This document shows positions 20,771 through 33,752 of a DNA stretch of 64,000 bases, piece by piece; the stretch's first letter is position 1, and the number at the start of each line of letters is the position of its first letter. The position numbers and the translations under genes were made by a program. The notes beneath the pieces were generated by a model that was given only the letters and a program-made list of their open reading frames with translations, did not search any database and had not been told where the DNA came from. The stretch lies in the NCBI GenBank assembly GCA_964106915.2, contig OZ066914.1; one strand, written 5' to 3'. Origin of the DNA: Podarcis gaigeae (Eukaryota).

Positions 20771-23700
20771 CCACATGTAGGCAGATTCCCCCCAGCATGA
20801 TGGCCGAATAGCTTGGCTGCCTGTCACACAGCCATTGCACATGGTTGTTTGCGGTTCCTCTCCCAGCAGCAACTATGCACTGTCACCTCATCTGCTCTGG
20901 CTGCTTGCTTGGCTTCAGGGGTCCTCTGAACAGAGAAAACTCAGATTTTACCCCTTGCTGCTTCTGAAGGGAGTGGAGTTAGGATAAGCACCCCCCACCC
21001 TCGGGCTCAAGTGCCGCTGAATGTGCAAGGGTCATTAGATTGCAAGCGGGCAAGCTGGTGTAATCCATCCTCTAAATCCTGGAGCCACACATGGGACTTG
21101 TGCTGGGAGAGCAGGGGCACGGAAGCATTACAGCTTACTGACTTCATCACTCTTCAAAATTCCCCTTGCTCTTTCAGTTCCAAAATTTGCATAGTAGAAG
21201 GCCTCTTCCTACTGAACCTTAGGATGCTTCTCTTAGCTGCCATGATTTTGAACTGCACTGGGATCTGAAAGGGGATAATGTGAGCAGGATACTGAGCATA
21301 CCATCCCTGGGACAGCGCTGTGTGTATTTCCAAAGTAGGAGAGGGCTGATGGGGTGAAACAGGTAGATGTAATAGGTGGTGGAACAGTACTATCAGGAAA
21401 ACATCTGCTTGAGACAAGGGCTGGCATGTCCTCAGAGATGGGAGAAGAGTTCCGTATTTCCCACTTCATAAAGATGGCGGTTGTGTTTGCTGTGGTTGTA
21501 CTGGTGCTTCGCTAGTACTATTTTTGCTGTGGTGAACATGTGGATTGCAAATGGCTGGCATTTATTTTCAGAATTCACTGTTCATGTGTGCCAGGGAACT
21601 TCAGCTGATATGGCAGTGGGCATCTTTTGAGAAAGTGCCAAGGGCCTCAGCCACAAAATGGCTGTTGTGGGGATGTGACCTAACAAAAATGACCGCTGCA
21701 CCTGAAGAGCAGAAAAAAGACAGGCCCACAAAATAGGGCGAGCACCTCCCCACAACCGTCATCCAGCCCTCCGGGGGCGGGGTGGGGAGGCATCTACATC
21801 AACCACTGCCACACCCAGTGAGGAGTTCTTTGCACCTCTGCTGTGTTCAGAATGGAAGGGAGAGTGGGGATCCAGTCCTGGCAACCAATTAAATGTAGGT
21901 TTGCTTTAAGTAGGAAAGGCTGAGTCAGTGCAGATAAAAACTGAGCAGGAACAGCAGACAGTCTCGGATGCAGAGTGGATTTTTAAGGGGACATTTACTG
22001 AGACCTTTCACAGGAGCCATAAGAGGTACCAGTGACTTCAGTCTGTAGGTGCCATGCTGGCAAACTCTGCCTGGGTCACATGTCCCTGTTAATAATCTAT
22101 ATCAGGCCTTTACAGCAGCTTGCTATTATAACACCAAAATATATAAAAATTAGAAACGACCCAGGCATCAACATGCCCTTGCCATTTGTGCAGTATGTGG
22201 ATACCAGAAACTTGTGTCAGTCAGCAAATTTAAACCAATCATAATGCCCCAGTTCCCTTATGAATCTGAACCCCATGTTAGGGATGGACATTGGTGGGTG
22301 TCACAAAACAGCAAAGCCCATCTCAGGCTATTTGCACCTATGACTACCAAATAAATGCATCGGCACAGATTTAGTAGCTGAAACTGGTTAGGCACGTTTG
22401 CCCACCGCCTGTGAGCACCAGAGACGCAATGGGCTAGTAATTGCCTGCGTTCTCCCAATGAGGCTGTATCATTTTTATGTAAATATGACATTTTCCCTGA
22501 TGCTCTTGAAATGTGCACAAAAAAAGAGGAACATTTAATCGAGTCACATCGCGCCTGCCGCGGGCCAAAGCTGTCCTCTCTCTGTCTCGGGTGCTGTGTT
22601 GTTTTAAGAGCTTGGCTAATGCGCACCATCCACCCCAAATAGCCAGCAAAGTGTCTTGCTGGCCTTGCTCAAGTGCCACCTACTCTATCCAGACCCCAGA
22701 GAGCCATAAGCACAAGGAACACAAGCCCCACAGAAAGGTACTGAGGAGGGAGGGTGACTCAAGCAAGCACCAACCACAATAACACCCATCTCTGAATTCA
22801 CAGGCTAGACGCTCCCCACCCCCATTACCACCTATACTTCCCTATTTCTTATGATTTTTATCCTGAGACAATTACATAGACACCAAGCAGGTAAGTCATC
22901 TAGCCCTAGATTTGGGAGCATACACCTCCTCACTTGAACATGATGGGAGAGTTATATTCCGTGACAGAAGTGAGGTATTGAAGATGGTAAATGGGGTACA
23001 GAATTAAGCTTCCAAGAATCTCTTCTTTAAAAAGCATGTTCTAGTGCTCATGGGTGCAAAAATGTATGTTCAAACATATAGGCAAAACCTGTAGAAATCT
23101 CAGGAGCTAGACAAATGCTGATTTAAGATTTCCAGTGGTTGGGAGCAGGGCTGTAGTATCTTGCATTACATAGCCCCCAAGGCCTTTTGGAAAAAAAATT
23201 ATGCAGAACGAGTTTTAATTCGCCAAATTTATGCATGCTACAGAATTCAGTTCTTCTGGGCGTTGAATTTTATTTTATTTTTAGTGCAGAAAAGAAACAG
23301 CCCTGCTTATATCCCCTTTGCTCTGCTTCCTAACTATGACCATTACAGAGTTAGTACACCTTTTCTGGTGAGCAGGAAGAAAATTAGAAGAATGTGGATG
23401 CAACCTCAAAAACAGTCCCTCTTACACAGCCTCCCAGAGCCTCAAAGCTGGGCCTCCGCCAGTCCTGCTGGATTCCACTTGGAAGGGCTTTACAAAACAG
23501 GCTTCTTTCGCTCTACCCCCACCCATGTCTAGCATAAGCCTTCTATGTGCCCCAGCTGATAACAACTGACGCAGAAACCTTGGGGAGGCAAAAGATTAGA
23601 GTGACATCTATCACGATGATATTCCAGTTGCCAGGACAGCAAATCAAAGCTAGGGACAAACAAGACCAAATCTCTGCCCTGAAAATTATCCCAACACCAT

Positions 23701-25261
23701 TTACATCTCACCAAGCACCAACTCAGAAATACAGATGAGAGTACAAACCAGGAGACAACCTGAAGCAGATTTGGATCTTTCACACAGACACCTGAGAACA
23801 GCATTGGGTGACTACAAAAGCAAGTACCTTTCATAAAAGCATGGGAGAAATTCTCTCCTGGTATTTTTTAGCATGGGAGCCCACTGACACAGAGATCCTG
23901 TTCCATTAACACCTTGGCACCACTCCTGCCCTTAGTGTTCCCCCACCCCTTGGCCAATTCCACACCTGAGTGTTCTTCTGGAATTCCTGAATCCCCTCAC
24001 AGCCAATAAATGATCTACTTCAGTAGGAACAAAAAAAGAGGCTTCCTTACTGAGGACACACAATACCTGCCCTGACCCATCCTAGTAAGCACCCTGGTTG
24101 GACCAGTTCAGAAAATGGGCAGCTTGTTTGTCTGGTATTTCTTGCACTGATTGCAATTCTTATTTTTTAATTCCCTGAAACTCCTCAAGGAGTCCTCTTG
24201 CTCCTGCCCCACACATTTCATTTCATTTCGTTTTTCGACTAGCTTCCCTACCCACTTGCATCTCTGATGGAAGGCAAGGATGAGCACTGTTTCCCCTCCC
24301 CTAATTTTAGGTGTGGCTGGCATGGTTTTGTGCTTTGCATTCATAATGAAAAGAAAGCAAACAAAATAAAGATTTGTTCTCCCAATCTTACATCCTTCCT
24401 TTCTGTCTCAAGTTACCAATTCTGAATAAGAGGGAAGAGAGGGCCTTGGATTCGTAAGGGTAAATTGAAGTCAAAAGGACAGGGAGGACAGGGGGAAAGG
24501 GTGTGCCAGAGGGTGAATAGAAAGAGCCTATGTATGCACATGTGTGTGTGTGTCACACATGCTAAATTTGAGAGTGAGCATGGCAAAGTGCTTTGTAATA
24601 CCAGCAGCAGGCTGGACTGAAGACCCAAGGACAGGCCTTGAAGCTGCTCTCTGTTCCTTCGCAAGGGCTCCCCACACCCTCCTGCTCTCGTCAGCAATGA
24701 GCCTCTCTGTGCACCCTATGCACAAGCATTCAGCTGACATAGCCATTTCCCTATCCAACTGCCTCGCTGCATTACCCACCCCGCAGGCGCCCAATGCTGA
24801 GCCGATGCAGCTTTCACGGGGCATGGAGCAGCTCGGTGCCAAGTTGCAGCCAACCCTCCAGGGGCTGCGGCAAAAGGGGCCCGCTTTAGCATGGGGAGGC
24901 ATACAATGCCAAGTGTTTATGGGTATGTGTGTGGTGGTAGAAAGAATGCATAGGGAGTCATGTGGCACGGACCCGGACAGGAGAAATTTCCACAGTGGTT
25001 TTGCTCCGATGCTTCAGAGGGCAGAGCAGCAATTAATATCCGACTCTCAGAGGGCTCAAGCCCACAAGCAGCTGTACCAAAACAGAGAGCTCACAGACTT
25101 TGGTGTAAGGGTCTCTGCCCCAGCAGGAAATGACAGGCTGCTCCCTCCTGTGATGGACTTTGACCTTTAATATGGCCACCCCTGATGTAGGAGGAGGGGT
25201 GGGCCCAACACTGAGAGACATCCTCTCCATATAAGCAAAACGAATGCAGAGAAGAGTAGCA

Positions 25262-25503
25262 CAGTGGTACCTCGCGTTAAGTACTTAATTCCTTCCGGAG
25301 GTCCGTTCTTAACCTGAAACTGTTCTTAACCTGAAGCACCACTTTAGCTAATGGGGCTTCCTGCTGCCGCCACACCACCGGAGCACGATTTCTGTTCTCA
25401 TCCTGAAGCAAAGTTCTTAACCCGAGGTACTATTTCTGGGTTAGTAGAGTCTGTAACCTGAAGCGTATGTAACCTGAAGGGTATGTAACCCGAGGTACCA
25501 CTG
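25262..25503 (+). mobile_element. Tc1/mariner-pogo MITE (CAGTGGTACCTC family), copy 2
   Basis: CAGTGGTACCTCG...CGAGGTACCACTG+TA; left TSD reads CA. Confidence 0.93.
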
Positions 25504-25729
25504 TACTTTCAAACATACACACTCTTAACTGGGAGAGGTGTGGTCACACAATGGAGTGTGGACTGTGCAAGGCATTACTTGTAGCTCCAAATATGGATTA
25601 CAGAAAAATTGCGAGGACTGGATATAGCCTGAGGTGCCCCAACCCTCTTTTGTCTTTGCTTTTCCTCAGGCAGCAGCAACACACATGGATGCATCAAGTT
25701 ACACAGGAAAAGCCCAAAGCGTTACTGGA

Positions 25730-25880
25730 GCATTTGTATCCCTCTTGATCACTTCAAGCCTCCAGCAATTTAAGGCTTAGGAAACAACCTGCCAGGAGGT
25801 AGCATTATTCTGGCCACCTGAGCTCATAGCTGCCAGCATTCCCCTCCTTCATGAACTTGTCAAATCCTGTTTTGAACCTG
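25730..25880 (-). mobile_element. Degraded CR1 3' fragment
   Basis: CCTCCTTCATGAACTTGTCAAATCCTGTTTTGAACC (antisense FK.GFDKFM). Confidence 0.5.
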
Positions 25881-26679
25881 GCTACAAAGTACAGCATTGG
25901 GCCATCTCTATGCCCTACATGACAGACCTTCATATGACAGGGAGGACAATGAAGGTCAGAAGGCCTGGATTCAAGAGATGGCGAGCAGCCTGGGCTTTAA
26001 ATAGAAAGAGCTGCGAGGAGAGCTAGACTTGAAGGATGGTAAGGGGGTGGTGGGGGCGGTGCCTAGCAAGTGGGAAAAGGCAGCATTTGTTCAAGTATAT
26101 TTGTTAAAATTAGGATCTTTTTCTCTCCAGCTTCCCAAGAGGAACACAAAAGGGAAGGAGAAATTATGTAGCAGAACGGGCAATTTCAGCAAATTATTAG
26201 GAAAAATTATTGGTATGAACTACTGAGCAGAGGAGACCTCAGGGGAGGGGAGGAGAGGGGGCAGTCAAAGATGTCTTTAAGGAGTGGCTCGGGCTCAACT
26301 GAGGGCTGCTTCCAGGACTTTGGGGCCAAAATCCAGGGCTTCACTAGCAGAATGTGCAGAAAGTCCCCCCAAGGGCTAGCTTACCACATTTTGAAGCGAG
26401 CGAAGGAACATATATTACCTTCTAAAAAAACATCCCCATCCCCAGCAGTACATTTAGTCCAGAGTATGAAATTAGTAAACTGCATCACCAAGGCTTCTTC
26501 ACATTTAGATGTTGGTGAACGCTGGAGTTTGACATGACAGAACACGTAAACCACAGAGAGACTTGGGTCACTCAGCTCTCAGAACCCCACACTTGGCTAC
26601 TGGCTGTTGTTCCTCGGTGCATGTCCACTAAGTGGTTAGACAGGCGTGTTTCCCTACACACATGTTCAATACCAGGGGA

Positions 26680-26855
26680 CCACAGCACCTGCTGAAGACC
26701 TCCCTTTTTCAACACACCTAAAAGGTGGAAATTTTTGTCCCCGGCTTGATCTGTATTGGATTTGAAATTGTTTTAATATGCTTTAGTTTCAGCATGTTTC
26801 ATAGGAAGTGTTCATAAAAGAAATTAATTAATTGATCCATTGACTGATTGATTAA
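26680..26855 (+). mobile_element. L2 3' end fragment
   Basis: CACCTGCTGAAGACCTCCCTTTTTCAACA (LLKT.LFQ), T-rich UTR, ATTAATTAATTGA tail. Confidence 0.5.
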
Positions 26856-28047
26856 AACAGCTCTCAGGCTGTCCTAGTGCAAGGGTAGGTCTTACGAAGA
26901 TTTATCATACAGTGGATTTCACCCCAACCTAAAAAACACACTCAGGAAACCAGGGAAGGTAGAGAGTGTGTCATGAATCAGGCAGGAGGGAGTTTCAAAA
27001 TCTGACTCTGCACTATAAATAATAGGAGAGACCTTCAGATGTCCTGAGCAGCGATGGCTTAGCAATGGCACCACAGCCAGTGAGTCAAAAAAATAAGGCC
27101 ACTGCCAATTTTGGGTCCCAGCTAGAGTGCAGCCATCTCAAAGATTCCCACTCTAAAGGGCATCAATGTATGTTTCCTCCCCCCCCCCCCCAGTCTCCTT
27201 CCCATGAGACTGACTCAATGCAACACCAGATATGTGAAGGAAGTAGGGGAGATGATGCCCCTGGAAGACGCAGCAAGGGAAAGAAAAACTTAACTGGTTC
27301 CATCTGCCCAGAAGTCTTAAAAAGTTACATGAGCCTGAAGCAGGTCAGCTAAGTGTGACAGAGGGGCCTGAAAGGAGATGCCTTGGTTTGGCTGGGCAGT
27401 GTGGACAAGCGCTGCAAGTTCCTCAGGTCCACCACATGCCAAGAGGGGCCAGTTTTGCCAGAGAAAAGTGTGCTGTGCTTTTCTCCTCCCAGCCATCCTG
27501 GGGAGGAGAGCTGCTCTCTTCTGCTGCAATCCTTTGTGGACGCCCTACCACTCCCACTTTCCTGCCCACCCTTTCCCTGCTGAGATTTCAAAGGGGACTC
27601 TGGGCTATTTCCAGCCGCTTTGTTAGCGCCTGTGACACCAGCAGCTGCAAGAGCGCATCCGGCCCAGTCCTCCCTAATGAAGAGAGAGCGCAAAGCTGCC
27701 GCCGCCTCTTTGTCCTAATCACAAAGCCATTTCCCAAACACCTTCTTTCCCCCACAAACCAGCGCAGCTATTTATAGCCCAACTGCCTCTGGGCATGCTG
27801 GGAACTCCCACCCCCCAACAGAACTGTTGCCTGCCCCAAGCCCCTTTAATATGGAAGGATGCAAGATAGTCCTCTGCAGGATTGTATGACCCAGAGGCAG
27901 CTTGTTAGCACCCTGGGGTTGGCAAGAACATCTCTAACAGGAGGCCAGGGCTGGGGTTGCTTAAGGAATCACTGGCCCCACCCTTGCCACATCCACAGCC
28001 TGAAAATGCTGCTCTGCACCCAAATCCTCTGTTGGGTCTCTGTTCCG

Positions 28048-28058
28048 TCTCTCTCTCG

Positions 28059-28099
<41 letters not shown>
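28048..28099. repeat. Compound (CT)n-(CA)n microsatellite
   Basis: Direct observation. Confidence 0.95.
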
Positions 28100-28100
<1 letters not shown>

Positions 28101-28244
28101 ATGAAACTAGCTGTGTTCCAATCCAGTTACCATGCCTGGAGGGTTGCACTTCAAAGTTAAATAGAATGGTCATTCTTAAAGGCCCTCTAAAATATGGGGT
28201 ACAGATGAAAAGTAGACAAAAGCTCTTGGTATATAAAAGAGCTG

Positions 28245-28613
28245 GTGTACCCTAGTGGTGAAGGGACTAAGCTATAAACCAGGATGTTCCTTGTTCAAAT
28301 ATCGCCTTAGCTATGAACTTGGCCCTCCAGCTGTTTTGGGACTACAACTCCCATCATCCCTAGCTAAGAGGACCAGTGGTCGGGGATGATGGGAATTGTA
28401 GTTCCAAAACAGCTGGAGAGCCAAGTTTGGCCATCATTGTCCTAGATAGCCTTAGCCAAGCCATCCTCTCTCAGGCTCATTCTACTGCCCTGGAAACAAG
28501 AGAGATAATAATACTGCTGACTTACCTCAAAAGGTTGTTGTAGACTTACAACTAAACAAGGCACATGAAGAGCTTTGAACTCTTGAAAGTGCAATGCAAC
28601 CATATTATTATTT
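28245..28613 (+). mobile_element. MIR/CORE SINE interrupted by a palindromic MITE
   Basis: A-box CCTAGTGGTGAAG, B-box TGTTCAAAT, CORE ATAATAATACTG..CTTACCTCAAAAGGTTGTTG, TATTATTA tail. Confidence 0.7.
28316..28439. mobile_element. Palindromic hAT MITE (GGACTACAACTCCCATCAT family), left TIR clipped
   Basis: AACTTGGCCCTCCAGCTGTTTTGGGACTACAACTCCCATCATCCC ... GGGATGATGGGAATTGTAGTTCCAAAACAGCTGGAGAGCCAAGTT. Confidence 0.88.
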
Positions 28614-28801
28614 ATAACTATTACCTACAATAATCCACTAGACCTGTTCCAGAGATATTGGAGAAACAACTCTTTTCAATAATTTTTGGAGTACTGCTGG
28701 GGCAAAGAAAGCTTGGTATCATCACATTCCTCTTCACAAACATTCTAAGATTTAAGTCAAATATGTTCCCATTTTACAGATGGCAAGCTGACTTGCACCA
28801 T

Positions 28802-28869
28802 ATGTATGCACATACACCTGCTTATTTTATGAACATGTACGCACATACCACACCTGCTTATTTTATGAA
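28802..28869. repeat. Local ~33-35-bp tandem duplication
   Basis: ATGTATGCACATACACCTGCTTATTTTATGAA followed by ATGTACGCACATACCACACCTGCTTATTTTATGAA. Confidence 0.85.
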
Positions 28870-29396
28870 AAAAATGACTCATTAGACTCAAGAGAGAAGT
28901 GCATTAAATCCCCCCTCACTATGGGTGGAATGTGACGTAGCACTAAATGGGATATACACACACAGAACAAGGTCCACTCATGCAATGGGACTTTCCTTCC
29001 TCTTCTCCTCCAGAGCAGATTTAGGGTTGAGCAAGGAGACCTCGTTCCATGTATGCAACTACTTAGTCAAATCCTGCCCTATACAGTATCTCCTTCTACA
29101 AGTGGTGCCTCAGTTGTCTTACAGTGGCAGTTCCATGTGGCTGCCTCAATATTCTGGACATACCATGTGAATCAGTTTCAGTTTGTGGACCACCTTCATT
29201 CCAGATCCATCCTTTCCCTGCTGGATCAGTACCAAGGAAAAATTTCATCGGGTAGCATCCCATCCCATATGTTACAGCAACTGTGTGGAGCCTGCACAGC
29301 TGTATTCCCTACCTGGCCTCCTCCATATGTTGTTGGTCCAGCTCCCATCATCCCTGACCATTGCCTATGCTTTTCTGAGAATGCTGGGAGTTGTAG

Positions 29397-29728
29397 TCAT
29401 AGAGCAGGCATAGGCAAACTTGGCCCTCCAGATGTTTTGGGACTACAACTCCCATCATCCCTGACCACTGGTCCTGTTAGCTAGGGATGATTGGAGTTGT
29501 AGTCCCAAAACATCTGGAGGGCCAAGTTTGCCTCTGCCTGTCATAGAGGATAAGACTATTGACGGCTACTAGTCATGGCAGCTGTGTAGATATGCTTCTG
29601 AATACCAGTTTCTGGAGAGATTAAGTGGGAGAGTGTTTGTGTCCTGCTCATGGGCTTCCCAAAGGCATCTGGCTAGCCACTGTGGGAACAGGATGTTGGA
29701 CTAGATGAGCAGTTCTCTTATGTCCTTA
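29397..29728 (+). mobile_element. CR1 3' end (5'-truncated), itself interrupted by a young MITE
   Basis: TCATAGAGGATAAGACTATTGACGGCTACTAG..TGCTTCTGAATACCAGTT..GGCATCTGGCTAGCCACTGTGGGAACAGGATGTTGGACTAGATG..CTTATGTCCTTA. Confidence 0.8.
29405..29540. mobile_element. Young palindromic hAT MITE
   Basis: TIRs CAGGCATAGGCAAACT / AGTTTGCCTCTGCCTG; perfect 8-bp TSD TCATAGAG at 29397-29404 and 29541-29548. Confidence 0.95.
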
Positions 29729-30685
29729 GTCCAAAACATTTGGAGGGCACCAAATTGGGGGAGTCTGTCCCATGCAGCAATAGATGGAAGTGGTTCTCAG
29801 TGTATGTAATCATTGCCCATAGCTTGAGATGTGCCCTTTCAACCAGGTTACATGCTTCTGCCACCCCTCTTCCTCCATAATCACACCACTCCTTGGTAAA
29901 ACACCCTTTGTCTTCCCAGTTCTGGATAGCCTGACCTATCTGGGGCACCATGTAGGAAGAACTGCAAGTGAAGGCTGTTGCATTGTGAGAGAAGGGAAGA
30001 AGAGCACCTGCCAAGCTGAGCCATGTGTTGGAAACTCCTTCCTTCTTACAAGGCCCAGAAGCATACCTGGCTCTGGAGCAAACTCCCTCTTTTCCCTCTT
30101 GGCCCTTTCAAGCCTCAGCTCTGTGATCATCCCTTTGTCGCTAGCACAAACAAAGGGCCGCATGCGTGGCATGCCCAGTGCCAAGATCAATGCCAGGTCT
30201 CTGGCTGCTCCCGCCCAGCTCCAAGCACCAGAGGTGAGAGCTGGTATTTATAGCTGCTTTCAAAAAATGCCAGAAAAACGGAGGGTGGAGGAAGGGAAGC
30301 AGAGCCACGGCCTGATTTCCGATCTGATTCCTGCCACTAAAGATAACAGCTGTGTGGAGACAATTAAAGGGAGAACTGGGACGTGTTGCGAATGGCAAAG
30401 AACTGCGAGGGGTGGCATAAGGGGAGGGGAGCAGAGCGGAAGAGGAAATGGGCAGAAATTTAAGGAAGGAGACCCTTGGAAGCAGAGGGCAGTGGTTGGG
30501 CCACCCTCGCACAGGTGGAGTAGTCCTTGGCATCCTCTGAGTTAAGAAGATCTGAAGGGGTACAAGGTAGAGGCCTCCTCAACCATGATAATACATTCAC
30601 ACTTCTTTCTCCCCACTGTTCTCTACTTTCAAACAGGCTTTACAGGCCTCTGAAAACCCAAAAAACACTGTTTACCAGAGATTAC

Positions 30686-31100
30686 AGAACATAAAACATA
30701 GGAGGTGGCATCTGTATCATACCAAGTTCATCAATCCGAAACCAAGAAGAACTCTAGCCAGGGAAGTAGCCTTCCCAGTTTGTTACTAAAATCAGTATTA
30801 CAGCAATGCAACCTCAGTTCTAAGACCAGACACCCAGGGATGGACGACCAGATGTTGTTGGATTACCACTCCCATCACGCCTCACAACTGGCCATACTCT
30901 TTTAAGGCCTCCAAGGACAAAGATCCCACAACTCTCTAGAGGTAACTTGTTTCCCTGCTATTGAACATTGTTCTTAAAATGCTGGGCACTTGTTTTCCAA
31001 TGCTGAACATAAATCTGCCACCCTTTAATTTTAAATCCATTTCTTCTTGTCTTATCTTCAGTGGGCCTGGTGAACAAGTGTCTGCCCTCTGTTAAATGAC
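30686..31100 (-). mobile_element. Degraded CR1 3' region with an inserted hAT MITE fragment (~30833-30895)
   Basis: AGAACATAAAACATAGGA antisense tail; AAGGCCTCCAAGGA..CCCACAACTCTCTAG..TTTAAATCCATTTCTTCTTGTC. Confidence 0.6.
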
Positions 31101-32654
31101 CTATTAATGACAGGACAATATGCAAAGATGCATGTTACGGAGAAGTCTTCTAGCAGAAATGCAATGTCTGCATTTAACTCAAAAGCCCACATATTGTTAT
31201 ATTCAGACCCTTCTGCATTCAGCCACTTTGAAGATGACATCTCTCATTCTGAATTGTATCTTTACATCATTACCCACCTAATCGTTTATTTATTAGTATT
31301 ATTATCACTCGCTAAAATAAAAAACACAGAAATTACTATTTATACCAAACACTTTAGGATGCAAACTAGGAAGGCATGTCTGCATGCTAAAGATAAAATT
31401 CCAGTTCAGACAAAGTTTTTTTTTTTTAAATAGTAACTAAGTTGGGAAACAGGACCATGCAGTAGAATGAAGGAGACTTTGGCTGTCTGATATGAACGGC
31501 TACTAGTGCTGGGTGACAGGCCAGGATGCAATCACTCTTGAGATCAAGTAGGCCAGTCATAGCTCCAGGGCTCCAAACCATATTCCTGTGCAGTATCAAA
31601 CAGGAGCATTCGAGTTTCCTTACATCAACAACAAAAGGACAATGAAATCCAGATGTGCTTGTTTTAACTATTATTACTATTCACAATGTTTGTTATCTGA
31701 AATGTACCAATACAACACTCCAAACTTGCATTTTAAAACATTTGATCAAGACTTGAGTTTTTAAACACTCCTCATTCCCTAAGCCTCCTTTTAGGACTTC
31801 AGGTCCCTCGCTAGCCCCAGGATACCCAACGTCCATAAGGCACAGCTAACTGAATTAAGACATGAATAAGGAAAGAGAGATGAAAAAGATTATTTGAGCT
31901 GGAGCGCTGCCAACCTGGCGACCATGAAGCAAGGCATGAAAGGCTGGGCTAAAGCTATGCTTAGCATAACAGTCACTCCTAGGAGAGCAGCTCTTGGAGA
32001 TCTGCCAGCCTAACTTTGGATTTCCCATGATGCTTTGCCAAAAGTTATAAGCCCAACTGGATGAGATGGAGTGGGCAGGTGTCAATATGGGAGAACAATA
32101 CATTCCAATAATTGGAATCAGGCCCACACCATCCCTAAGAAAGACACTCAAGTGCAGGAGAATGGTATCATCCCAGAATGCCCCACTGCAACCAGATCCC
32201 AGCCCTCCTGCAAGAACCATTTCACAGCTGCCCCTCAATTCTGACCCCAGCCCTGTACATTGGGTTCAGGAGTATAAGACTTGAGGCATGTTGCTCCTCA
32301 CCACAGACGTGGGAGAGACATGATCCTAGCAGGAGACATCAATTGAGTCCATCCACTACCCCTGTAATCGCAGCTGGCATCAGCTGCACCTCAGTGCCAT
32401 CGCCACTCTTCGCCATCTAATAGCAGCCAGAGATATTGACAGGAAATGAAAGATTCATGCTTCCAACAGCACCTACAAGCAGTGACCTCACCTGCTGCCT
32501 CCCTCTACCTCGCTCATTGGTGGAACGTGCTCAGCATGGCAAATGGGAGAAGAATAAAGTCCAGAGGGCTCCAACCCTCAACCTGGGACAGTATTAAGCA
32601 AGTGCGGATGTGAAAAGTAATCAAAAGAAGCACATGTGAAGAAGAGGCTGAATG

Positions 32655-32800
32655 TGAATAAGAGCCTGTGGCTCTGTCAAGCATCCAAGTTAGCAATGTC
32701 CATCATAGCCAGCATCCTATTCTCACAGTGGCCTGCCAGATGTCCACAAACAGGACCTGAGTGCAACAGCACTCTCCTCACTTTCCCTATACCTCTGCTA
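32655..32800 (-). mobile_element. CR1 3' UTR fragment
   Basis: AAGAGCCTG..CCAGCATCCTATTCTCACAGTGGCC..CCAGATG..AGGACCTGAGTGCAACAGCACTCTCC. Confidence 0.7.
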
Positions 32801-33299
32801 CATCTGCTTTCAATATCCTGTGCCCCCAGCTCAGGCACAAGCTGATGATCCCCCAGTCCAACCCACATTGCCTTAATGCTGGCATCTTTGATACAAATGT
32901 GTGAAGGAGGAAGTGGGGACCATCTACAAGACCCCAATATCTATTCCCAGTATTTGTAAACCTGGTAAGGGAAGGGAGTGATCCAGTTTGGATCAATTAG
33001 CTTCCTGCAGCTGGTGAGAGGTCCTGCATGTGGGAGTGGGGCAGTGGAACAGAGAGAAGAGAGAGAGGATGGTGTAAGGAGCACCTCGGGATCCAGCAGG
33101 CTGTCACTACTGCAGTTCTCATTCCAGAGCCTCAGTGCCCAGTTTGCCCTGACTGCATTACTGGGCGATATATGCATGAGTGTGCCTGTAAACTAAAGCA
33201 GTTGAGTGAATCTTGACCAACAGGAGGATCTCAAGAGAAAATAAATAGGCAGGGGCATAATAGAGGATGAGCAACATATCGCTGAAGGTGGATTGACAG

Positions 33300-33752
33300 A
33301 TTTACTGTTAATGTGCATGAAGCTCCCTCAGCTCTCCATACATTGATCAAAGGGCACCTGTGTCATTCCAATGAAAGCTGGTGTAAGGTACCAGTTAAAA
33401 GCACAAGTTGTGGCAGGGAACTGAAGCTAAGTGTGGCAGCATCTGTGCTTTGGAATGCCCTGCCTATTGATATTGGGCAAGAACTGTCCTCTTTTTGAAA
33501 ACTTGCTGAAAACTTTTCCGTTTCAGCAGGCTGATCCAGGCACATGGTTTGTTTACATCTGTTTTTCAATTTGTTTTGAATGTTCTAATGTGTTTAATTG
33601 TATGGGTGGTTTTAACAGCTTTTGAATGCTTTAAATACTTTTTTGTTGTTTTATTTTTAATTGTACATGTTTGTGTGTGTTTGCCACCATCAGCTCCTTT
33701 GGGAGAAAGCGGGGGGGGGGGGAGTATACATTTAATTAATTCATTAATTAAT
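33300..33752 (+). mobile_element. L2 3' end
   Basis: SVAASVLWNALP.DI.Q..S...F..LLKTF motif, T-rich UTR, TTAATTAATT tail. Confidence 0.8.

Larger units (their letters stand above)
29297..29767. mobile_element. Old palindromic hAT MITE split by a CR1 insertion
   Basis: Left part ...CTCCCATCATCCCTGACCATTG..GGGAGTTGTAG ends at 29396; right part TAGTCCAAAACATTTGGAGGGCACCAAATTGGGG resumes at ~29727. Confidence 0.75.

Noticed and set aside
24544-25170. 208-aa ORF on the plus strand
   Set aside because: Starts in a (TG)n run, no recognisable domain or splice context.
29829-30545. 238-aa ORF, the longest in the track
   Set aside because: No recognisable motifs; overlapping antisense ORFs are equally featureless; not supported as a CDS.
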